DNA from: an uncultured Oscillospiraceae bacterium
Lineage (GTDB): Bacteria; Bacillota; Clostridia; Oscillospirales; Oscillospiraceae
DNA: 64,000 bases
Assembly (NCBI GenBank): GCA_947591105.1
Contig: CANQDL010000002.1
Span: 4,919-68,918, forward strand
Reading direction: 5' to 3'
Part shown: positions 26,244-34,794 of the stretch, one piece after another
How the letters are laid out: each line of letters opens with the position of its first letter
Position numbering within the stretch: the first letter of the stretch is position 1
Program-made: the position numbers and the translations under genes
Notes under the pieces: model-generated
Databases searched by the model: none
The model's input: the letters and a program-made list of their open reading frames with translations, nothing else
What the model was told of the DNA's origin: nothing

Positions 26244-26305
26244 AATCTGGTATTATAATAATAATCAAATCTGGCTATTTTATTATAACCAGATTATGTT
26301 ATAGT
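26244..26305. promoter_or_regulatory. AT-rich divergent control region with AATCTGG direct and inverted repeats and an extended -10
   Basis: AATCTGG at 26244 and 26268, CCAGATT at 26289, TGTTATAGT at 26297-26305. Confidence 0.3.
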
Positions 26306-26339
26306 AGTCCATACCTACAGGACAAGGGAGGTATAGACG

Positions 26340-27176
26340 ATGAAACAGAAGAGGATCATGACCATACAGGATCTGTCCTGCTTCGGCAAGTGCTCGCTGA
26401 CGGTGGCCCACCCCATCATGTCGGCCATGGGTCTGGAGGTCTGTCCGGTGCCCACGGCGGTGCTGTCCACCCACACGGCGGGCTTTCAAAACTGGACGTA
26501 CCGGGATCTGGCGGCGGATCTGCCCGCCATCGCGTCCCACTGGAAGAGCCAGGGACTGACCTTCGACGGGATCAGCACCGGCTATCTGGGCAGCGAAGAG
26601 ATGATCGACATGGTCACCGACTACTTCCGCCTGTTTCCGGAGGCGGTGAAGATCGTTGACCCCGTTTTTGCCGACAACGGGAAGCTGTATCCCGCCTTTG
26701 ACGAGAAATACGCCAAGGGGATCGCCAGGCTGTGCGCCGCCGCCGACGTGATCGTGCCCAATCTGACGGAGGCCACGTTCATGCTGGGGGAGAAGTACGT
26801 CCCCGCCGGGTATGACGAGCAGTACATCCACGGACTGCTGCGGCGGCTGGGGGAGCTGGGGTGCCCAGTGGCGGTGGTGACCGGCGTGATCTATGACCCC
26901 AAATACCAGGGCGCGGTGGCCTACGAGGCGGCCAGCGGCCGGTTCGTGCAGTACTTCCGGGAGAATATCGACGTGTCCTTCCACGGAACGGGGGATATCT
27001 TCACCTCCGCCCTGGCCGGGGCTGTGGTGCTGGGAAAGCCCCTGGAGCAGGCCCTGCGGATCGCGGTGGATTACACCGTGGACTGCATCAAGACCACCAT
27101 GCCCGACCGGGAAGAGCACTGGTACGGCGTCAAATTCGAGAGCTGCCTGCCGGGACTGATCCAGTCCCTGGCGTGA
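26340..27176 (+). CDS. pdxK: Pyridoxamine/pyridoxal kinase
   Basis: IQDLSCFGKCSLTVAHPIMSAMGLEVCPVPTAVLSTHTAGF is typical of the PdxK/PdxY ribokinase-fold family. Confidence 0.85.
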   Translation: MKQKRIMTIQDLSCFGKCSLTVAHPIMSAMGLEVCPVPTAVLSTHTAGFQNWTYRDLAADLPAIASHWKSQGLTFDGISTGYLGSEEMIDMVTDYFRLFPEAVKIVDPVFADNGKLYPAFDEKYAKGIARLCAAADVIVPNLTEATFMLGEKYVPAGYDEQYIHGLLRRLGELGCPVAVVTGVIYDPKYQGAVAYEAASGRFVQYFRENIDVSFHGTGDIFTSALAGAVVLGKPLEQALRIAVDYTVDCIKTTMPDREEHWYGVKFESCLPGLIQSLA

Positions 27177-27190
27177 GCTGGAGCGCAGCT

Positions 27191-27219
27191 TGCCCCCCTT
27201 TCAAGGGGGGCATTTTTTA
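27191..27219 (+). terminator. Intrinsic terminator after pdxK
   Basis: GCCCCCCTT/AAGGGGGGC stem followed by ATTTTTTAT. Confidence 0.75.
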
Positions 27220-27235
27220 TGCCTGAAAATGGGGG

Positions 27236-27288
27236 TTGACAGCGCTGTCTATTGGTGATAGACTATAGATGTCTATTGAGAATAGACA
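27236..27288 (+). promoter_or_regulatory. Promoter with two BlaI-type operator palindromes
   Basis: TTGACA (27236-27241). Operator 1 is GTCTAT-N5-ATAGAC (27247-27263). Operator 2 is TGTCTATT-GAG-AATAGACA (27270-27288). Their centres are 24 bp apart. Confidence 0.55.
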
Positions 27289-27305
27289 GAAATGGAGAAC
27301 GGCTT

Positions 27306-27665
27306 ATGGAACACAAATTGGGAGCGGTGGAGTCCCGGTTCGCGGACATCGTGTGGAGCCACGCGCCGCTGTCGACGGGCGAGCTGGTGAAGCTGTGTGA
27401 AGAGCAGCTGCACTGGAAGAGGACGACCACCTATACCGTCTTGAAAAAGCTGGGGGAGCGGGGGTTCTTTCTGCTGCGGGACGGGACGGTGACGGCGCTC
27501 ATCTCCCGGGAGGACTACTATGCGGCCCGGAGCGAGGGGTTCGTGGAGGAGACCTTTCAGGGCTCTCTGCCGGCCTTTATCGCCGCGTTCACGAAAAAGA
27601 AAACGCTCACCCGGGAGGAGATCGCCCAGATCAAGCAGATGATCGACGACTGTCAGGAGAGGTGA
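27306..27665 (+). CDS. BlaI/MecI/CopY family transcriptional repressor
   Basis: Winged-helix N-terminus (LSTGELVKLC...WKRTTTYTVLKKLGERGF) with a family-typical length of 119 aa. Confidence 0.9.
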   Translation: MEHKLGAVESRFADIVWSHAPLSTGELVKLCEEQLHWKRTTTYTVLKKLGERGFFLLRDGTVTALISREDYYAARSEGFVEETFQGSLPAFIAAFTKKKTLTREEIAQIKQMIDDCQER

Positions 27666-29155
27666 GTATGCTGTTCAAGCTGATCGAAACGAGCATCTCG
27701 GCCAGCTGGCTGGTTCTGGCGGTCATGCTCCTGCGGGCGGCGTGCCGGCGGATACCCCGGTGGATGATCTGCCTGCTGTGGGCGCTGGTGGCCGTGCGGC
27801 TGGTCTGTCCCTTTTCCATCGAGAGCCGGTGGAGCCTGACACCGGACGCCGAACCCATAGCGGAGCGCATCGTCTACGCCGTCCGGCCGGGGGAAGTCCC
27901 GGCGCGGGAGGGGCAGAGCGCCCCGGCCGGGGACGATCCGGCGCTGCCGGACGACGGGACGCAGTCCGGCGGCCGGGAGACCGGAAGGTATGCCCAGGCG
28001 GTGTGGGCGGCCGGCATGGGGCTGATGGCGGCCTACGCCCTGGGGAGCTATCTGCGCCTGCGGCGGCGGGTGGCGGCGTCCGTGCGGGTGAAGGGGAACA
28101 TATGGATATGCGACTGGATCGATTCCCCCTTTATCCTGGGGCTGTTCCGGCCGCGGATCTACCTGCCGTCGGCCATGGACAGGGAGCAGTTTTCCTATGT
28201 GCTGGCCCATGAGCACGCCCATCTGAAGCGGCTGGATCACTGGTGGAAGCCCCTGGGATTTACGCTGCTGGCGGTCTATTGGTTCAACCCGCTGCTGTGG
28301 GCGGCGTATGTGCTGCTGTGCCGGGACATCGAGCTGGCCTGCGACGAGCGGGTCGTCCGCCGCATGGGGATGTGGGAGAAAAAGGTCTATTCGGAGATCC
28401 TTCTGGCGTGCAGCGCCGGAAGGGCGGCGGCCTCCGTGTGTCCGGTGGGCTTCGGCGGCGTGGGGGTGAAGGCGCGGATCCGGTCTGTGCTGGGATATAA
28501 AAAGCCGGCGCTGTGGGCCATGGCGGCCGTGGGAGCGGTGGGCGTGCTGCTGGCGGTGTGCTTTCTCACCGACCCGCCGGAGGGTCTGGCGGCCCCGGCC
28601 CAGGAGGCCGGCGCGGCCCCGGCGCCCACGCCGGTGATCCACTATGTGACGCAGGAGGATATCGCCGCGCTGAACAGCCCAAAGCCACAGCCGCCCGGGG
28701 AGACGGCGTTCGCGTCCATGCTGGCGTCGGAGTGGACGGACGTCGGGTATACGGCGCTGACCTATGAGGAATACGCGGAGCGGTATACCCAGGAGCTTGT
28801 GCCGCTGGACAGACCCCCGGAGGGGTATAAAAACATGGGATATGTGTTCGTCAGCGCCGATCCCGGCTCTCCCGATCAGACGATGGCCGTGCAGATCCTG
28901 TACGACTGGGAGAACCAGTCCTCCATCTATGTCCAGCAGATGGACATGGACAGCAGGGACACCGAGCCCTTCTATTATTACACGGACTGCGACGAGATGG
29001 GCGTGCCCCACCGGGACAACAGCTGGTTCGCATGGCGGGCGGGGTACGACGGGGTGGCCGGCGGCGTGTCCGTGGACACGCGGCTGCGCTCGGTGGAGGA
29101 TCTGGGCGCAAAGCGCTGCTGGCTCATTCTGCGGTCGCTCTGGCCGGACTGGTGA
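27662..29155 (+). CDS. BlaR1-like M56 family membrane metalloprotease/sensor with a non-PBP C-terminal domain
   Basis: N-terminal TM helices. HEHAHLKRLDHWWK zinc motif. The roughly 200-aa extracytoplasmic C-terminal domain has no SxxK/KTG motifs. ATGA-type overlap with the repressor gene. Confidence 0.85.
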   Translation: MSMLFKLIETSISASWLVLAVMLLRAACRRIPRWMICLLWALVAVRLVCPFSIESRWSLTPDAEPIAERIVYAVRPGEVPAREGQSAPAGDDPALPDDGTQSGGRETGRYAQAVWAAGMGLMAAYALGSYLRLRRRVAASVRVKGNIWICDWIDSPFILGLFRPRIYLPSAMDREQFSYVLAHEHAHLKRLDHWWKPLGFTLLAVYWFNPLLWAAYVLLCRDIELACDERVVRRMGMWEKKVYSEILLACSAGRAAASVCPVGFGGVGVKARIRSVLGYKKPALWAMAAVGAVGVLLAVCFLTDPPEGLAAPAQEAGAAPAPTPVIHYVTQEDIAALNSPKPQPPGETAFASMLASEWTDVGYTALTYEEYAERYTQELVPLDRPPEGYKNMGYVFVSADPGSPDQTMAVQILYDWENQSSIYVQQMDMDSRDTEPFYYYTDCDEMGVPHRDNSWFAWRAGYDGVAGGVSVDTRLRSVEDLGAKRCWLILRSLWPDW

Positions 29156-29172
29156 AAGGAGAGGATGTTCGC

Positions 29173-30075
29173 ATGGGAAAACGGGTCTTATCAGCCGGGC
29201 TGGCGCTGTGTATGGTTCTGGCCCTGGCCGCCCCGGCCCTGGGGGAGGGGAAGACGAGGCTGACGGGGGTGGACATGTATGTGGACGGGGAGCTGGCCAT
29301 CCAGTACACTTATACCTACGGGGACGGCCCGCTGCCCGCCGGGGGCCGGATGCACGAGCTGGCGGAGCGGCCTCTGTTCAGAGACGGCCGGTACGCCGAG
29401 GCTGTGCCCCCGGACACGGTATACGCTTACGCCTATGATCGCGGGGGACGGATGGTGCGCCAGGAGACGGTCATCGACGACGGCACTGGGAGCGCCGGCA
29501 CGACGTGCTGGGAATACGACGCCGACGGGCGGCTCCAGCGGGATGAATGGACCAGCGGGATGGCAAACAGCGGCGGGGGGACGGGCTATGTCTACGACGG
29601 GGACGGGCGCCTTGTCCGCAGCGTGGAAGAGGACGAGTACGGCATCGGGCGATATGTGGACGAGTACGACTGGGACGAGGCCGGGCGCGTCACCGCCTGC
29701 CGGGTCAACTTCGTCACGGACTGGGACGAGGCGGGAGAGCCAATAGAGTGGAATCCCGTCAGCGAGAGCCGATATACCTATGATGAGAGCGGGCGAGTCG
29801 TCGGCGAGAGGGGGTTCTATGACGGCGCGCCAGATCATGAGACGGCGTATACCTATGGGGAGGATCGGTGTTTTGTGGTGCGATATGGGAAGACGCAGGA
29901 TTATGTCAACGGAACCGACGAGAGCTTCTGCGACTTTCTTTTGAACGACGCCGCGGGAAAGACCGTGCTGTGCTTCTCCCTGCCCGGCACGCCGACGCTG
30001 GTGCGGGACGGCGAGGGACGCGTTGTACGGGCGGAGGCGGAAAACAGGGCGCTGGAGTTCAGCTATGAAGAATAG
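29173..30075 (+). CDS. Secreted YD/RHS-repeat protein (short, no toxin tip seen)
   Basis: Signal peptide, then repeated YxYDxxGRL motifs (WEYDADGRLQ, YVYDGDGRLV, YDWDEAGRVT, YTYDESGRVV). Confidence 0.65.
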   Translation: MGKRVLSAGLALCMVLALAAPALGEGKTRLTGVDMYVDGELAIQYTYTYGDGPLPAGGRMHELAERPLFRDGRYAEAVPPDTVYAYAYDRGGRMVRQETVIDDGTGSAGTTCWEYDADGRLQRDEWTSGMANSGGGTGYVYDGDGRLVRSVEEDEYGIGRYVDEYDWDEAGRVTACRVNFVTDWDEAGEPIEWNPVSESRYTYDESGRVVGERGFYDGAPDHETAYTYGEDRCFVVRYGKTQDYVNGTDESFCDFLLNDAAGKTVLCFSLPGTPTLVRDGEGRVVRAEAENRALEFSYEE

Positions 30076-31345
30076 GAAGATATGGATCGGGTGCCTCGCC
30101 GCGCTGCTCATACTGGCGGTGTTCCTGGCCGGGACGGCGGCGGGGGCGGTGTTTCACAACAGGATCTCATGGGCGGCGAACCGGTTGATCCACGTGCGCC
30201 ACACGGTCCTGCGGCACGGGAATCTGCTCACCGACGGGGCCGACGGGTTTTTGCGGGATCTGGAGCGGCGGCTGGATCTGCCGGAAGAGCTGTATATATA
30301 CCTGCCGCTGTACATCCGCTTTGACGGCGACGGGCAGATCCGCACGCTGGATGGAAGCGTGCAGGGGCAGGACAGGCGGGGGAGGCTATGGCGATATTCC
30401 CTGTCCTACGACCGGAGCCAGTCGGACAAGATGACGGTGTGGCGGGAACGGCGGCCCGGCCAGGAGGACACCTCAAAGACCCCGCTGGCGCCCCTGTTTG
30501 CCCTGATGGAGGGCGTCGACCTGCAGCAGCTTCTGGCCAGGCAGACGTCCGAAGGGGACTGGACGCTGACATACGAAAAGCCCCGGGCGTTCACCGCCGG
30601 GGAAGGGCCGCTGGAATACCTGCCGGGGGACGCGGACGGGGACGGTATCCAGTCCGGCGTGGCCAGTCTGGACGTGCTGGAAAACGGCGGGTATGTGACG
30701 GGGTTCGACGTGTCCCTGACCGGGCCGGAGGGGCCGGAGAAGGGACAGAGCTATACCTATATCATGGAGCCGGTCTATACCAGTCCCCGGCAGATCCAAC
30801 AGGCCGAAGAGCAGCGGCAGATCCAGGCGGCCAAGGACGCGGATGGGTGGCTGGCCGGCAGCCAGACAAACGAGGATATGTACTTCTTCCTGGACGAAGA
30901 GACCGGCTGGCGGCTGGTGGTCACCGACGCGGCGCTGGGCAGCCGGTTTTACGTGCTGGAGCGGACGCGGGACGGCGGGGACAGCTGGGAGCGGGTCAAC
31001 GGCGACCCTTTCGCAGGGAACATCGGCGTGGCGGAGGGCCTGGTCTTTTTCGACCAGAACTGGGGCTTTGCCGGGCTGGCCGGCGCGTCCGGCGCCTACT
31101 CCCGGATGTTCGTGACCCAGGACGGCGGGGAGAGCTTTTCCCAGATCCAGCTGCCCATGGACGCCGTCACCCAGCTGCCGGATGAGGGGGAGCGCTTTGG
31201 TTTCACCCTGGACGACTACGTCTATCTGGCCATGCCGGAGGCGGAGAACGGGACGGTCACGGTCACGGCCCTGCCGGAGGGCGGCGGGGATGGGATCCTG
31301 TTTCGGTCGGAGGACCGGGGCCTGACGTGGGAGTGGGTGAGGTGA
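30065..31345 (+). CDS. Membrane-anchored protein with C-terminal Asp-box (BNR) repeats
   Basis: N-terminal TM anchor. Asp-box-like motifs DGGDSWERV, QDGGESFSQI and EDRGLTWEWV. Its start overlaps the previous stop. Confidence 0.55.
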   Translation: MKNRKIWIGCLAALLILAVFLAGTAAGAVFHNRISWAANRLIHVRHTVLRHGNLLTDGADGFLRDLERRLDLPEELYIYLPLYIRFDGDGQIRTLDGSVQGQDRRGRLWRYSLSYDRSQSDKMTVWRERRPGQEDTSKTPLAPLFALMEGVDLQQLLARQTSEGDWTLTYEKPRAFTAGEGPLEYLPGDADGDGIQSGVASLDVLENGGYVTGFDVSLTGPEGPEKGQSYTYIMEPVYTSPRQIQQAEEQRQIQAAKDADGWLAGSQTNEDMYFFLDEETGWRLVVTDAALGSRFYVLERTRDGGDSWERVNGDPFAGNIGVAEGLVFFDQNWGFAGLAGASGAYSRMFVTQDGGESFSQIQLPMDAVTQLPDEGERFGFTLDDYVYLAMPEAENGTVTVTALPEGGGDGILFRSEDRGLTWEWVR

Positions 31346-31377
31346 GACCCGGCGTCAGGAAGAGTTGCATGAAAGGA

Positions 31378-31412
31378 AAGGGGCGCGCCGCAAAAAGCGG
31401 CGCGCCCTTTTG
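31378..31412. terminator. Bidirectional intrinsic terminator
   Basis: GGGGCGCGCCGC-AAAAA-GCGGCGCGCCCC, flanked by an A-tract and a T-tract. Confidence 0.7.
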
Positions 31413-31425
31413 GGTGGCGGTTTTC

Positions 31426-31731
31426 TTATAATTCGCTGAACACACTGCGCAGCTCAAACTGCCGGGCCTGGCGTCTTTTCCGGTCGGAGGTGAACAGCAC
31501 CGTGACGGCGAGCGCGCACAGCATGAGCAAAAAGTGCAGATCGCAGCACATCTGCTGGGTGAGGCTGTCGGCTGTGGGCGTGGAGCTCTCCCGGATGGAG
31601 ACGGACTGTTCCTCGACCAGAACGAGCTCCTGGCCGGACGCTTCTCCCGCGGCCCAGACGGCGGGCACCGCGCTGGCGAAAACCAGCAGAACCACCAGCA
31701 TCACAGCAAACAAACGTTTTGAAAAGCGCAT
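31426..31731 (-). CDS. Small secreted/anchored hypothetical protein
   Basis: 101 aa with an N-terminal signal peptide, a C-terminal hydrophobic helix and a basic tail (DRKRRQARQ). No LPXTG motif. Confidence 0.45.
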   Translation of the reverse strand: MRFSKRLFAVMLVVLLVFASAVPAVWAAGEASGQELVLVEEQSVSIRESSTPTADSLTQQMCCDLHFLLMLCALAVTVLFTSDRKRRQARQFELRSVFSEL

Positions 31732-31955
31732 ATCCTCTTTCCTCCTGAAGACGGTATCTTTTTTAGTGTGCAGTAGAAAAGCGTCTTTTATCTATTAAGA
31801 CGGATGAAAAAACAAAAACGGCTTACATTTCGAAAGAAAAAAGCAAAAATTCTCCTGCGGCGTGGGTTGAACCCGGTTTGCCGTTGACAAAAACGGAATG
31901 GGGGGGGTTATGATAGGGAAGGATCCGAAGAGATCATTAAGGGAGGGAGAATGTT

Positions 31956-34598
31956 ATGATCAAGCACGTGTTGAGCCTGCTGCTGGCGGCGCTGATGCTG
32001 CTGGGGGCGCTGCCCATGGCCTACGCCGAGGAAGATGCGGCGGAGCCGGCGGCTACAGAAGAGCCGGTTGCCACAGAAGAGCCGGTCGTGGCGGAGGAGC
32101 CGGTTGCCACGGAGGAACCTGTCGTGACGGAGGAACCGGTTGCGACGGATAAGCCTGTCGTGACGGAGGAACCGGCCGTGACGGAGGAACCGGTTGCCAC
32201 GGAGGAACCTGTTGTGACGGAGGAACCGGTTGCCACGGAGGAACCGGTTGCCACGGAGGAACCGGTCGTGACGGAAGAGCCCGCCGTGACGGAGGCGCCC
32301 GCTGCGACGGAGGAGCCTGCTGCGACGGAGGCGCCCGCTGTGACGGAGGCGCCAGTCGTGACGGAAGAGCCCGTTGCCACGGAGGAGCCCGTCGTGACGG
32401 AAGTTCCGGCGGAGCCGGAGGCCGTCCCGGCGCAGGAGGAAGAGGATCTGACGGCGGAGGACGAGGCCCAGACGAAGGACGGAATCCTGGCCTCCGGCGA
32501 CTGCGGCTACAATAATATGTATGGCACCTCCAGCCTGCCGTGGACGCTGACCGACGACGGCACGCTGACCATATCCTATCAGGGCGGCACGGGAATAATG
32601 GAAAGCTACAGCTCGTATGACTATCCGAACAACCGGCCCTGGAAGGATCAGAAGAGCAACATTAAAAAGGTGATCGTGAACAGCGGCGTGCGGAACCTGG
32701 GCGAGTACGCCTTTAAGGACTATACCAGCCTGACGGAGGTCACGATATACGGCAACTGCGAGATCGACGAAGGCGCGTTTCAGGGGTGCACCGCGCTGAA
32801 AAAGGTCTGCGTGTGGGATGGCTGGGTGGAAAACACCTATCGTTCAAACACGCTGGGCGTGCCCGGAACAGCGGTGATATACTGCTATACCGATTCTCCT
32901 GCGCTGGAGTACGCGGCTTACTGGGAATATGAAGTGTCGCTCGATTACCGGTTCGCGCCGATCCCGGTCACCCAGGCGGACAATACGATGCTCGGCGTGC
33001 GCATCGGCTGGAACGGCGTGGCCGGCGCGGAGGCGTATATGGTGCTGTGCAGGACGGCGGGCTCCAGCGCGTGGACGGAGCTGGAGGTCGTCAAGGGCAC
33101 CAGCTATGTGTGGAACGAGGCTGTGAGCGGCGTTCTGTACGATTTTGCCGTGCGGTGCGTTTCGACCCAGACCCAATACTATACCAGCGACGTGGGCGGG
33201 ACGATGTCCCTGCGGTATTTGCAGGAGCCGGAGATCGTGGACTGCCAGAACGTGAAGGCCGGCGTGAAACTCACATGGGAGGCGGCGCCGGGGGCGACCG
33301 GCTACCGGGTGTACCGCTCCGACGGCTACGGCGGCTGGACGGCGGTGGGAGATACGGGCGGATGCAGCTTTACCTGCACCGGATTGCAGAGCGGCTCTAC
33401 TCACAGCTTCGCCGTGCAGAGCCTGGACTGGGACGGTGCGGTCTCGGGCAGCGCCTACGGAAACAAGAGCGTCACCGTCACCTTTGTGGCGCAGCCGACC
33501 CTGAAAAAGGTGGAGTGTACGGCCACGGGGGTGAAGATCAGCTGGAGCAAGGTGGCCGGCGCGGCCAAGTACCGGGTGTTCTACAAGACGGGGAAGGGCT
33601 CCTGGAAGAAGGCCGGCGACACCACCAAGACCAGTTTCACCTGGACAAAGGCCAAGAGCAACACTACTTATAAGTTTACGGTGCGGTGCATGGACATGGA
33701 CGGAAACTATGTCAGCGCCTATGACACCGCCGGAAAGAGCCTGAAATACATCGCCGCGCCCAAGATCAGCGACCTGGAGAATACGGGCAGCCGGCATATC
33801 AAGATCACTTGGGGCAAGGTGGCCGGCGCGGCAAAGTACCGGGTGTTCTACAAGACGGGGAAGGGCTCCTGGAAGAAGGCCGGCGACACCACCAAGACCA
33901 GTTTTACCTGGACAAAGGGCAAAGCGGGCGTGAAGTATACCTTTACCGTCCGGTGCATGAACAGCAAGGGCAAGTATGTCAGCGCCTATAACACCAAGGG
34001 AAAGAGCGTCACCTGCTACGCCATCGCCACGCCCAAGGTCAGCAAGGTACAGAACACCATCTCCGGCGTGAAGGTGACATGGGGAAAGGTGAAGGGCGCG
34101 GCCAAATATCGGGTGTTCTATAAGACCGGTTCCGGCTCCTGGAAGAAGGCAGGCGATACCACCGGCACCAGCCTCACCTGGAAAAACGCGAAAAGCAGCG
34201 TCAACTATACCTTTACCGTGCGGTGCATGGACAGAAAGGGCAAGTATATCAGCGACTACAACACCAAGGGCAAGTCGATCCGGTACTATGCGGCGCCGAT
34301 GGTGGAATACGCATTTCAGGACGGCGAGGCGTTCATGATAACCTGGCCGGTGGTGTCCGGGGTGAGCAGATACCAGGTGTTCTACCGCACCAGAAGCAGC
34401 GGCTGGAAGAAGCTGAACGTCAGCTATACCCGTCCCTGGGGAGAGAACACTTATTACGCCAGCTGGTGCGGTACGAATGGGGTGGATTACGCATTCACCG
34501 TCCGGTGCGTGGACAGCAGCGGCAAGTATATCAGCGGCTACTACGATCTAGGGCAGGGAAATGTCATGTGGCAGACCTGCCGCTATTGGTGGATGTAA
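31956..34598 (+). CDS. Large secreted surface protein, paralog of 12314-14623 (acidic linker, LRR-like region, six Fn3-like modules)
   Basis: The signal peptide MIKHVLSLLLAALMLLGALPMAYA is nearly identical to the paralog. About 19 EEPVAT/EEPVVT units. Six modules of about 89 aa with the G(V/I)K(I/V)(S/T)W..V.GAAKYRVFYK pattern. Confidence 0.85.
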   Translation: MIKHVLSLLLAALMLLGALPMAYAEEDAAEPAATEEPVATEEPVVAEEPVATEEPVVTEEPVATDKPVVTEEPAVTEEPVATEEPVVTEEPVATEEPVATEEPVVTEEPAVTEAPAATEEPAATEAPAVTEAPVVTEEPVATEEPVVTEVPAEPEAVPAQEEEDLTAEDEAQTKDGILASGDCGYNNMYGTSSLPWTLTDDGTLTISYQGGTGIMESYSSYDYPNNRPWKDQKSNIKKVIVNSGVRNLGEYAFKDYTSLTEVTIYGNCEIDEGAFQGCTALKKVCVWDGWVENTYRSNTLGVPGTAVIYCYTDSPALEYAAYWEYEVSLDYRFAPIPVTQADNTMLGVRIGWNGVAGAEAYMVLCRTAGSSAWTELEVVKGTSYVWNEAVSGVLYDFAVRCVSTQTQYYTSDVGGTMSLRYLQEPEIVDCQNVKAGVKLTWEAAPGATGYRVYRSDGYGGWTAVGDTGGCSFTCTGLQSGSTHSFAVQSLDWDGAVSGSAYGNKSVTVTFVAQPTLKKVECTATGVKISWSKVAGAAKYRVFYKTGKGSWKKAGDTTKTSFTWTKAKSNTTYKFTVRCMDMDGNYVSAYDTAGKSLKYIAAPKISDLENTGSRHIKITWGKVAGAAKYRVFYKTGKGSWKKAGDTTKTSFTWTKGKAGVKYTFTVRCMNSKGKYVSAYNTKGKSVTCYAIATPKVSKVQNTISGVKVTWGKVKGAAKYRVFYKTGSGSWKKAGDTTGTSLTWKNAKSSVNYTFTVRCMDRKGKYISDYNTKGKSIRYYAAPMVEYAFQDGEAFMITWPVVSGVSRYQVFYRTRSSGWKKLNVSYTRPWGENTYYASWCGTNGVDYAFTVRCVDSSGKYISGYYDLGQGNVMWQTCRYWWM
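32050..32405 (+). repeat. Tandem 18-bp coding repeat (about 19 units)
   Basis: Repeated GAGGAACCGGTTGCCACG / GAGGAACCTGTCGTGACG units. They generate the antisense ORF 32021-32380. Confidence 0.85.
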
Positions 34599-34613
34599 AA
34601 ACAAAAAAAGCAG

Positions 34614-34656
34614 CGCCCCTCCGGCAGAGAGAAGCCGGAGGGGCGGCTTGCGTTTC
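34614..34656 (+). terminator. Hairpin/terminator after the surface protein gene
   Basis: 12-bp stem CGCCCCTCCGGC/GCCGGAGGGGCG with only a weak T-tract (GCGTTTC). Confidence 0.5.
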
Positions 34657-34707
34657 GGAGGGGAAGGAAAAATGATAATCCAGGGAGACGACTTTTGCCG
34701 TTTCCGG

Positions 34708-34779
34708 TGGTATGATAGGCACAGTGAAATAAGAACAGCGCTCCGGCGGGCATCCATCAGGCCCGGCGGGGCGCTTTTT
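34708..34779 (+). promoter_or_regulatory. Candidate extended -10 promoter followed by an intrinsic terminator (possible attenuator) upstream of terS
   Basis: TGGTATGAT at 34708-34716. Hairpin 34738-34774 has 14-bp arms with one mismatch and one G-T pair, followed by TTTTT (34775-34779). Confidence 0.45.
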
Positions 34780-34794
34780 GTCGGGGGTGTGGGG

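Noticed and set aside
27306-29155. Calling the blaI/blaR1-like pair a beta-lactam resistance operon.
   Set aside because: The sensor domain lacks penicillin-binding motifs and no beta-lactamase or PBP2a gene is linked. Only the family assignment (M56 protease plus winged-helix repressor) is supported.
34561-34794. Track ORF start at 34561 (and the ATG at 34672) as the terS start.
   Set aside because: The 34561 start overlaps the upstream gene and its terminator. The stretch 34672-34788 contains a promoter-like box and a canonical terminator and does not resemble TerS N-termini. I kept it only as an alternative start.
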